A stretch of 62,880 nucleotides of DNA, filler included, from Basidiobolus ranarum (Eukaryota), in assembly GCA_040143965.1 (NCBI GenBank). It is 27 parts of 27 records of this genome, joined end to end, with 100 filler letters (N's around TTAATTAATTAA, not from the genome) between each part and the next. Parts side by side here need not be neighbours in the genome. Positions count along the whole stretch, not along the records: positions 51,365 to 53,588 come from JASJQH010003613.1; positions 53,689 to 55,912 come from JASJQH010003614.1; positions 56,013 to 58,235 come from JASJQH010003615.1; positions 58,336 to 60,558 come from JASJQH010003616.1; positions 60,659 to 62,880 come from JASJQH010003617.1; 22 more parts are not named here. One strand, given 5' to 3'. How positions within the stretch are numbered: the first letter of the stretch is position 1; each line of letters begins with the position of its first letter. The notes under the pieces were generated by a model that was given only the letters and a program-made list of their open reading frames with translations, was not told the DNA's origin and searched no databases. Both the position numbers and the translations under genes were made by a program. This document shows positions 52,856 through 62,880 of the stretch, in pieces.

Positions 52856-53240
52856 CCAATCAGGATCAAATTAATTTTACTTTTGCTAGGTAAACTTGTC
52901 TGGCAGGCTCCCAAGTAGTGTCAGGACTTATTAATCTTCATTTAGAGTTGCTCCAATGGATGAGAGCTGATCTGTCATAGTTTTGATCTAATTTTCATGA
53001 TTCTATATAGAATCATCAGAATTCTTCTAAATAGCAATTAACTTTAGTCTTAGAAATAGCCTATTGGCAGCTTTAGTCTCATGTAGTTCCACAAGGTTTT
53101 ACAAGCTGTTTATACATTTTTGGCTATGTGTATACATCTTAATTGAGAGTCTCTAAGATGTAGACAAAGTGTAGAGAGTGCTTTCCACTACTTCTGGTGG
53201 TCCCTTTGGCTCTATTTCTTCTCCCCTAACAAATCCCAAG

Positions 53241-53588
53241 CCTTAAGAAAAATAATATTGATTTGATCTGGATCAGATCCACCCTTAGAAATTGCAATAC
53301 CATCAGAAAACTGTCACAATGTTGGTGGCCTGCATTCTGCCAGGGCTTTTGATGGTGTGATGGCAGCTTGTTGATGGTATCTTGACAGTATTCATATATG
53401 TTAAAATGTTGATCCTCATATTTTTGCCTGCATTATATGATATCAGGCAATTTTTGCAAAAATATAATTTTCAAATGGCAAATTACTGGGTTTACTGCTG
53501 TAGGATTTTGAATTAATATGCATGCCTTTATTTAGATATTTTTGGCTTAGTATTCCAGCCATAATGAGAATCAAAAATACAAGAATCT
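53241..53588 (-). mobile_element. CACTA end B, CpG-free decayed copy
   Basis: Aligns to the reverse complement of 37615-37963. Confidence 0.8.
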
Positions 53589-53688
53589 NNNNNNNNNNNN
53601 NNNNNNNNNNNNNNNNNNNNNNNNNNNNNNNNTTAATTAATTAANNNNNNNNNNNNNNNNNNNNNNNNNNNNNNNNNNNNNNNNNNNN

Positions 53689-53871
53689 GGGTCTGGAGCT
53701 TTATATGGCGGTGGTAGTGGTGGTGGTGGTGACTCCAGCGGTAGTGGTTCTGGTGGGAAATATGCTGGTGGTGGTGGTTCAGGAGGTGATTATAGCGGAA
53801 ATGGTGGCGGCTCAGGTGGAAAATATGGTGGCGGAGGTTCTGGCGGTAACTATGGAGCCTATAAATATTAA
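53689..53871 (+). CDS. C-terminus of a Gly/Ser/Tyr-rich low-complexity protein
   Basis: GSGALYGGGSGGGGDSSGSGSGGKYAGGGGSGGDYSGNGGGSGGKYGGGGSGGNYGAYKY*, with third-position variation in the GGN codons. Confidence 0.75.
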   Translation, partial: GSGALYGGGSGGGGDSSGSGSGGKYAGGGGSGGDYSGNGGGSGGKYGGGGSGGNYGAYKY

Positions 53872-54162
53872 GAAGCCAAATTTTGATTCATGTATTCACA
53901 AGACCCACTATAGAATTATTTAAAGATTACACGTAGTAGTACACATAGCAGTACGCAGAACCGATTTTTATCAAAATATCAAATAAATTATACTATCTAG
54001 TCATACAAAGGCCACTCAAAGGAAATTTACTGAGCGATTTACATTCGACACATACAATACAATACAACATGGATAAATGATAAAATAACCTAAGCCAATA
54101 AGAATGATGAGATGGCCAAACCAAAATAGTGAAGCTAATGTTGAATGCGATACTGATGTGAT

Positions 54163-55912
54163 TTATTGATCTTGAGAACTAGGCTTTGATATGACCCGAG
54201 CACTAGAATCAATTACGCAACTACTGGAGTCACAATAACGTTCCATTTCGGGGTCCTTCGCCTCCTCTTTAACATGACGGAAATCGGGTTTCGGTATCTG
54301 GACCCCGCCATCAGCTACCAGACGTTTTAGTAACTTTTGGTGGGTACGAGGAGGCTTGGGAGAGTGTGGGGGTGGGTTGGAGATTCGTGAAGTCAGCTCA
54401 TAATATTTTTCTTCATCTATAGCCTCATATGGCATCTGAGGATATGCCCCGAGAGGTAAGCGAGGCAAGAATGAAACACCTAAGGAAACCACTTTTAATG
54501 ATTGTTAAGCGAAGATATAAAATCAATGCAAGGCTCACCTTTGAGCTGATATTGGAAATAGTCTAAAGCATGTTTCAAATGTGGACCTTCGGTCTTCGGA
54601 TCCAGTGTTACAGTGCAACTAACTTGGTTGTCTGACCAATATTTTTGCATGAACGCGCACAAACTTAGTTGTTCCCACATACTGACTTCTTTGAGGCCTC
54701 TAATCCCGTCGCCATGGTCAATTGGAATCTCAACCACCACAGAACTAGGTTCCACTAAAATTAAAATACGTGTTACCATTGCTATTTGAGGAATTAAGAA
54801 GTACCAACTGTCACATACCAACATCTTGTTCAATCAAATACCCGGCCTTGCTTAGAGCCCCAATCATTTCCGACCCTTTGGATAATCTCACACGACGAAG
54901 ACAATACCGGCTCTCGGGATAGTGCATACCAGGAGTGGCTATATGGGAATGGATTAGCATGCAACCTCATCCACTAATTGGAAGGATAACAAACCTCCGG
55001 CCAACAAAGAAACCGTTCCACTTGGCTTCACAGTTGTGGTTTTGATCGAACGAGGAATGCAAAACCATTCGGAAACTCTGAAATTAGAAATCAATTAGAC
55101 GGATCCTAAGATATCAAACAATTCTTAGCGAACTGACTGTTTGTCGATTTGTTGGACTGCTTTGTATCCTTCTTCACACCAATTCTTGAACTCGTTTAAT
55201 CCTAAGAACAATCATTAACAACTGCATCCTAGTGTTTATCTATGTTTGTCTATGAACAGATACCTCTTTTGCTGATGAATTGAGCTATTCCACTAAGACC
55301 AGTGCCAATGCGTCTATTTCTCAACATGACTTGATTACTCTCCTTCCAGTGAGTATTTCCCAAGGTCACTGTCTTTGCATAAAGAAAAGCAGACTCTAGG
55401 GTTTCTAAGAAATCCTCCAGAGAGCTATGGTTCGATGGAAACACTTCAACTAAGCAACAGAGCTCGTAAGACTCCAAGGTTTGCTCCAAACAAGGATTTC
55501 CCCCCTTGGCACGAGCATCTTTCATATTCTAAGTAGGACGGAAACGTGGGCGTAAGTACCGCTAAACCATACAAAGTCACTACATTAGAGGACTTACCAT
55601 TGGTTCGCTCATACGTCCATAGTTACGCGCATTCTCTAACCATGCAAATCCAGGTTCTCCGTTTTTGACCACTCGACTACATACTTTCGTGTAGTCCATA
55701 CCAAGGTTAGCAAAAACCTACGACATGGCCATTAGGGTTAGGGTTGGGGTGTTATTAGAAAGCAAAGCTACTTACGGAATTGTTACTTGTCCAGCCATAC
55801 TCACTACGATGTGGATTGACGTCGTAGTTTTTGAGGTCAATGTACTCGTCATCCATAGGATCACCGAAAGCAATCTCGGCTGTTCTTCTAACATTACCGC
55901 TCACTATGCATT
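54163..55912 (-). CDS. nrdJ: Adenosylcobalamin-dependent class II ribonucleotide (triphosphate) reductase, monomeric type; 8 exons visible, 5'-truncated
   Basis: [105 protein letters not shown] and C-terminal YCDSSSC. Seven GT-AG introns preserve the frame. Confidence 0.93.
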
Positions 55913-56012
55913 NNNNNNNNNNNNNNNNNNNNNNNNNNNNNNNNNNNNNNNNNNNNTTAATTAATTAANNNNNNNNNNNNNNNNNNNNNNNNNNNNNNNN
56001 NNNNNNNNNNNN

Positions 56013-56951
56013 ACACTGTAATGATTTGTATGCAATCATAAGTAAAAACTATGAAGTTGCTATACAGGCCATGACAAGCAATAACGCCGCAATATCGCAA
56101 TTAATGCAGTGTTTGGAAGCAACTAGTCAACAGTTAGAGAGTCACTCAACAATGATACAAGATCTTCAGAATGCTGTACTTGAGCTACAGCAACATGCTG
56201 CTCCCTCCATCCATTCTCATACGGGATTTCAATCAATCCCACACCATGCATACAAACATCACCGTGACAATCTAGCAGAGCAGGTTATGACTTGGACCAT
56301 TAGGCCTACACAGCAACCTGAAATTGCTTGGGCATATAAAAGTAGTAATCTCATAGGAAAAACAGCAAACCAATAGACTCTGAATGTCAGAGCTGCCATG
56401 ACTTGCTCTGATGATGAGTGGTTGAACATTTTGGAAAATGTGCTGAACCTTGCCCGGAATCACCTGAATTTGAGCCAATCATGGAAAAATCAAAAACTAG
56501 GCGTTACTTTAAAGGTTCTGGACTTATTTCATGTGGCTTATCTTGGGTTTTTGCAAGCAACTGGCAATTGGGCTTGTATAGGCCTATTCATGAAACATCT
56601 CAAAAATGTACCCAATTATTGACTTGGAAAAGAAGGAAAGCAGCTAAAGAAGTACTAAAGGAGCAGGAAATTAGCAAACCCAAGGGAAAAGCAAAAGAGC
56701 TAGTAAGTTTAGGCTGTACTGTCCCACGTACTAAATTCTTCACACCATTACAAATATCTGCATTTCCAGAGTTAGATATATTGGCAAAAAAGCTTAATTT
56801 CACTATGGAACCAGGTACACCAGTTGGAAGAGTGCTAAATTTGGAAGTTTATCCAACACCTGGCATCTCTCAACAAGCCAAAAAACCAGCAAATAAATCT
56901 TACAGTGTAGTGTTGGAAGTATTCCAACAACATCTTGCACAGAATAAGTAG
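56013..56951 (+). pseudogene. TE-associated ORF (coiled coil plus HLNLSQSWKNQ..FL..GNW..HLKN domain), probably the CACTA second ORF
   Basis: The frame reads through a stop at 56376 and a frameshift near 56620. The contig's right end (~58110-58235) matches CACTA end-A subterminal DNA at 39830-39950. Confidence 0.45.
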
Positions 56952-59900
56952 GAAGAATATTAACTATTGCTATGTTATAATATTTTGACAGATCAAGATA
57001 AAAGAGCAAGAATATTCAAATGCTCATAGTCACATAAATACTTTACTCAATACAGAAACTTTAGCTGCAATCCCAAACTCCTGATTTATAGCTTTGCAAC
57101 CATCCAAGAATTGCAAGATTTGATCAATTATTGGTACAGCTACAACCATTTCAAAATCACCAACACAAAAATCAACACTAGCATATATTGAGGGCAAAGG
57201 AATTCAGGACCTCAAGATGCTAACAGAAGCAGTGCTAACTTTTGAACCAGATAACAGACTCTCTAGATAGTTTGCACAGAGTTGTGACAATACTTGATGC
57301 CAATGTGTTCAAAGTTTCAAAGACACAGCTGATATATTAGTGATCTTATTGGCACTTTTATGCTAAGTCACCCACTCTCAGCATTTATTTGCAGCCACCA
57401 ATTCATAGCATTTAGTCTAAGCTGTTTCTTTATATAAGCAACCCTTCCCCCTAGTGAAAAAGCTACTAGCCTTAGCACCATCCAAAACTGCACCATATCC
57501 TTTATCTTTTCTTTAACCAGATATTCTACCCTGCATGATAGCAAGATAAAAAAGATTCCTATAGCAACTCAACTAGGCTTGACTATTGAGGATTGCCATA
57601 CACATTCCTTTATAGTTATCTTCACTTTTACAGCCCTTGAATGTATCTAACTCTTAATCAAAGTCTTTGCCAAGCTCAAAAGAACTATATCCTTTTCTTC
57701 AGACTTCAAGTTAGAGAAACCACCAGAGTTTTATCAACCCTGGTAGTATTGAAGATTCTTCATAATTCTATTATGAAAATTATCTTTTCTCATAAAGTCT
57801 TCAAGCTATTGACATACCAAAGTTTGTCTTTACCCTTTGAAGATAGAATGACAAATATATATCCTATTGATAATCTTAAGCTTCCAGTATAAAAAAATTG
57901 GCTTTGCTGGAGATTTGTAGTGTGGTTAAGCTTTATTACCAAATATTTAAGTTAACACCCATACCTCACACTACAATGGCTCTCCAGCCTTGTCTGGTAC
58001 TTTTCAAAGTGTTGAAATTAGCCCCAGACTTAAATGCAAGCAAAAAGCCACATCGGCACTGCACAGCACCCTCAGTAGTGTCACACTACAAGGATGTACA
58101 AACCTAGTCAAAGTGCTTGAGGAGTATTTTCAAGAGTATGAAGGGAAAAATGCAGTGTAAGTATGCAGAAAGTGGCTTCAGAAGAAGAACATTCAACTTG
58201 ACATTGAGTATGGTGCTGACTGTGCAGATATCTGGNNNNNNNNNNNNNNNNNNNNNNNNNNNNNNNNNNNNNNNNNNNNTTAATTAATTAANNNNNNNNN
58301 NNNNNNNNNNNNNNNNNNNNNNNNNNNNNNNNNNNAATAAACTTTTACATTAAATACTTGCACCACGATCGAGGGTACAGGTTGAGCAAATCCGTTATGT
58401 CATCAAAGTACGATAGAAACAGCAGTTTTGCCTAGGAAATAGTCTTGGGTAATGATTTTCAGTTAGGACTTGCGATAAAGTTTTCAATTACATGGATGCA
58501 TTTGATAACCATCCGCGTTCATGGATATGCCCAAGCAATCCCATATCACCTAGTAGAAGAGAATCCCATTTATGGTAGGTAAGAAATAAGTGGCTTGGTC
58601 ATGGTTGGTTGTAAAGGGTAATTTCGGATAAGCAGAACAAATACGTATCCAACACACGTTTATCGTTCAAACACATAGTTGCCGATATTCGAAAGCAAAT
58701 CGAATGATACAGATAAGCGTATCTGCTCCATCTCACACTGAAGCCGTTTGTAAGGCTTGAAATTCAATTACTCCCTCATCAGATATTGGGGCTCATGAAC
58801 GCGTTGAAGTCTAGAAGCCGATTCAATTGATAGGTTGAGGAGATATTCACTGAAATGATCAGCTTCAAATGGAATATGGTGGGTGCAATCCTGTATTAAC
58901 TTTGCCACCTGCTATGAAGATCATAGTGCTTCTCTTAAGATAGCAACGTACTTTGGGTTTCTACCAAGCCACCATATCAGCCATACCATCGGGGCTGTGC
59001 AACAGACAGGTAAAGGCATTGCTGATCAGATAAATAATATAGCCATACATATCGCATACCTCGGTCGATATTTCCAATACACCGATCAATGCATTTGGAG
59101 TTTAAATGAGATTCACTAGATATTTAGATAGAAAGATTCTGGAATGAAAATTAACATGCATCATATCTTAATTTAGTAGAAATGGTTTCTGAAATAGCTT
59201 TTTTACTCACTAGACAGTAACATTCACTTACGCCCAATGAACAATCCAAGTGTTCTCCTTAGGGTCAGGGCTCAATATTCAAGTCACAGCCTTCCACTCT
59301 TTTGTTGGCTCCATTATCAAGAACCCTTCAAGCCTTCAATGTCATGATGGCTGCCAATTCTGAGGAGTATATGGAAATTATGGCGTTGATGTATGGTTTC
59401 TTTCATTTGACGCAGACCTCTCCATCCAGACGCCTTAAGACCTTCACACAGTTGAGCAAGACATCTAATATCTTGCTAATCGATTGCATCTCCATCAGAG
59501 GCCTCTCGGTTCAACATCAATGACGCACAAACTATACCACGTTCTATGCTTATGGCAGCCACTCGACTCAAATCAATCTGAGTGACAACGGATATGGCCT
59601 GTACTTGGCTAATCATACACTGCATTATGCTAAATTTCAACCAAATGTTTCATTGTGTGAGGAAACGGCAGTTAACAAGGTCAATCCTGTTATTGTCCAA
59701 ACCTGCTTCTAATCTTGTGTCTAGCTATCGATATTGAATCTAGGTGTGGTAACGGTGATGGTGACTAGGATGAACTCTTTGATTTGGTAATGGGCTACTC
59801 TGACCACTACCGCTGAGTCAGCCATCTTCTCTCCAGGCTCTTTGTAGACGTAACCAACGATGGGCCCGATCCAATGTCTCAGTCGATATCACGAACCTTA

Positions 59901-60658
59901 TCAAATCCTATCGCTCACTATGTGACAACTTCAGGGTTGGAGCGTATTGTAAGGTTAAGTGGGAGTCAGTGACGCCATAGAGCCAGACTGGATGGACAAT
60001 CCCCCGAAAGTGCACTAATTCCATCCCCATTTGTTGCACTTCAGATAGGTATGCATACATTCTTGACATCTAACTTCCTTTGTATAAATTCGCGTAGCGC
60101 CTTCAGATTTGTTGCTAGTGTTCGATACTATTAAACCCGAAACAATCATCTCGACCTTTTCCATTTGATTTGCGTGAACTAATGTAATCTAATTGAATGG
60201 AGTTTGGTAGTCTAATATATATATGTATGGTTCAATTCCGCACTATCTACCTCCAGCTTAATCAGATTAAGGGAAAACCTGATAACGCCTGCTGACCAGC
60301 TGCAACGCGTTTGATTTCATCTACAAGTTGGAGCCCATGAATCTATACTAGTAATGATGATCAACGATCACTGATCTCATTTATTGTGGAGCCTGTTCAT
60401 TCGGGTATCCGATATCAGAGAAATTTCCATCCCCTCTGCGCACATACTTTAATTATTGCAAATTAGTCGAAGTGACTTCTCTACCCATATCGCCTCCTTA
60501 CCGCTATCACAACATTTCCTGGTTACTGTATCATCAGCTGCTGGAGGTAATGTGTCAANNNNNNNNNNNNNNNNNNNNNNNNNNNNNNNNNNNNNNNNNN
60601 NNTTAATTAATTAANNNNNNNNNNNNNNNNNNNNNNNNNNNNNNNNNNNNNNNNNNNN

Positions 60659-61371
60659 AACTGGACAAGGACTGGGAATAACAACAAGAGGCTAGAAGGC
60701 AGGAGAGTACTTGGGTGTAGACCACAAGACAAGACAAGACTGGACAAGGAAGATACTTTGGCAAGAATCATTATTGATAACTGGTGTTGATCAGACTGAG
60801 GTCTGATCAAGGAATACATGATGCTTATAAAGATATTGCAAGGTGAAACATAATATACTGAATAGGGGACTTGTTCTCTGTGATAGTGCCAGATTGTGCT
60901 GTATATATCATATTGGATAAAGTATTCTAAAATATATGCAGCACAATTTGGCACTAACCATCACCCTCTGTCATGATCAATTTCAATCACTTTTACACTA
61001 AAATATTGATCCAAGGTCCAAAAAATCTTGGCACAATGGAACAAGTCCAGGGAATATTTTGTGGCAAGTTCAAAAGTTGGGGTGTTAGGGACTTCAAGGA
61101 TGAACACAAAGTGGGATGATGTAAGAATGATGTGAGGATGATCAGCTGACCTTCCATGGAAGGTCTTGGTGAAAATACACTACATGTGGGATGACATGAT
61201 TGGTTAGGTTTCATGGAATGTTCCAAGGAACATGACTTCCATATAAGGTAATCTGGATGAACTAACACCAGATTGCCAAGAAGGGATGGCACAGCAGATA
61301 TGATGTCATAATCTAATAATAGAAGAGTTCTATTTGCAGTGAATCAGTATGCCAAGATCAGAATCATGACA
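60659..61371 (-). mobile_element. Chromovirus LTR E interrupted by a MITE
   Basis: Matches the other LTR E copies on both sides of 60867-61048. Confidence 0.85.
60867..61048. mobile_element. MITE with perfect 10-bp TIR GGACTTGTTC/GAACAAGTCC and 3-bp TSD AGG
   Basis: The empty site in other LTR E copies reads AATAGGGAAT; here it reads AAT-AGG-[insert]-AGG-GAAT. Confidence 0.88.
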
Positions 61372-62450
61372 GCTCTATTATAGCAAAGAAATAAGTATCC
61401 TGTTGTAGATCCCCTGTCTTCAATATCTCTTCCCCAATTTGCATCTGAATAGTCTATCAGATAAAAGTTTGATTCTCAATATATATATCTCAAGCACAGA
61501 TCATAGTATCTTCAAATATCTGAAAATCAGCTTAACTGCTATGATTTGACCAGATCCATAATTTTGAAGATATTGGCACATAGCTCCCACAGAATATGCA
61601 ATATCTGGCCATGTTCCAACCTTGATATATATCAAACTACCTGCCATATATTTGTAAGTAAATATCTGGCATTCATTTGAATCCAAGAAAATCTGATTTG
61701 AGCAATATTTGGTCAAGTTAAAACTTGTCTAAATTGGGGCAGATACTGAATTACATTCTTCCATTTTAAATTTCTTTAGTATAACTAGGATACACTTGGA
61801 CTGTTTCAAAGTTATTGCTTTGATATTTCTATCTATCTTAACTTTGATTGCAAAATTATACATCTGTTCTCCAAGACCAGTCTTTTTGAATATGACAGAT
61901 AAGCTGGACTTGGTTCTCTCCAGAGTCTTTAAATAATTGGCCGCTATAATAAGGTCATCTACATATAAGGCTACCAGTACTGAGTTTGTCGTATCTGGCC
62001 TGAAGTAGATACTATGATCAGCACTACTCTTTTGGAATTTGAGTGTTTCCAAAATTATGCCCACATTGCTATTCCAAGCACTTGGAGATTAGTTTAAACC
62101 ATAGAGTGTTCTCTGGAGTCTGCAAACCTTTTTAGGGTTTTTGTGGTCCACAAATGCATATGGATGGCTTATATAGAACTTCTCAGCAAGCTCACCTTTC
62201 AACAGTAGTTTTAACATCCATTTGATATCTAAAAAACTGATATTTAGTTCAAATTGCTAAAATCAATCTATTGAATTAACTTTGCTACCAATGCAAAAGT
62301 TTCTATATAATCTATTCCTGATGCTTGGGAATAGCCCATGGTTACTAGTCTAGCCTTGTATCATTTATATTACCATCAGAGTTGTATTGAACTTTCAACA
62401 TTTATTGGCAACCAATTGAATTTGTGCTATAATGTAAGTTGGTTAAAATC
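61372..62450 (-). pseudogene. Copia reverse transcriptase, degenerate
   Basis: YKARLVTMGYSQ, LQRTLYGLN, ALYVDDLIIA, GTWPDIAYSVG and YSDANWG. Confidence 0.9.
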
Positions 62451-62681
62451 CAAGTTTGATTATCAATCAAAGCCTAATACTCATTGACCAATGTATATCT
62501 CCAAAATTTCATGTGATGACCATTCAGGGCCTGTTTAACAGTCAGGGGCTCATGTATTTGAGCTGTGCAGTCATAGGCTTAATTGTGGAATTGATTGATA
62601 TTTTAATCAGTGCTGTTTGTGATCTAACTTCTGACATTGTATTTGGCATTTCAGCAGGCTTAATTTTGATTGAAGGGTTCA

Positions 62682-62880
62682 TGTTAAAGTATTTGGGAGC
62701 CTGTTGGAAGTGGTTTGGAGAATTAGAGGAATTGGTGGTTTTCACTTATTGATTTATTGAGTAGAAAGCTGACATTTATAGTTTTGTCAAGATGTAAACA
62801 AACTAATGTGTAGAATATGTTAAGGAAGGTCCCAGGAACATGTGTGCAAAGTTTGGGGCTTCTAGCACAAGTTTGAAAAA
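62682..62880 (-). mobile_element. LTR C, partial
   Basis: Reverse complement of the 3' half of 24313-24660 and 11035-11362. Confidence 0.8.

Noticed and set aside
53705-53923. Val-rich 72-aa ORF
   Set aside because: Off-frame reading of the Gly-rich (GGT) coding sequence.
58336-59500. Possible degraded multi-exon gene on the minus strand
   Set aside because: Splice-like signals are present, but I found no consistent frame or recognisable motif.

Overview
This is not a contiguous locus. It is 27 unrelated small contigs (2243 down to 2222 bp, sorted by length) joined by an identical 100-bp artificial spacer (N44-TTAATTAATTAA-N44), so adjacency is meaningful only within a contig. The DNA is eukaryotic, with short GT-AG introns of about 50-90 nt. 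It is most likely from an early-diverging (non-Dikarya) fungus; a Basidiobolus-like organism is a guess. Most contigs are nested, CpG-depleted transposon debris: Ty1/copia, Ty3/gypsy chromovirus, a CCC-terminal EnSpm/CACTA family, and a PIF/Harbinger element with a MITE. Gene fragments: SRP54, PI-phospholipase C (with a mitochondrial cob fragment joined at its end), a secreted GMC oxidoreductase, an uncharacterised HDLxH protein, a divergent NRPS-like/alpha-beta-hydrolase pair, a Gly-rich protein tail, a Firmicute-type SLH-domain fragment and an intron-containing B12-dependent (class II) ribonucleotide reductase. The most notable signals are the class II RNR, the SLH fragment linked to host LTRs, a Tf1-like 11-nt self-priming signature, a reconstructable CACTA element with head-to-head ORFs, and near-total CpG loss in old repeat copies. 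I found no CRISPR array, rRNA or tRNA gene, and I cannot claim a wholly new system from this window.
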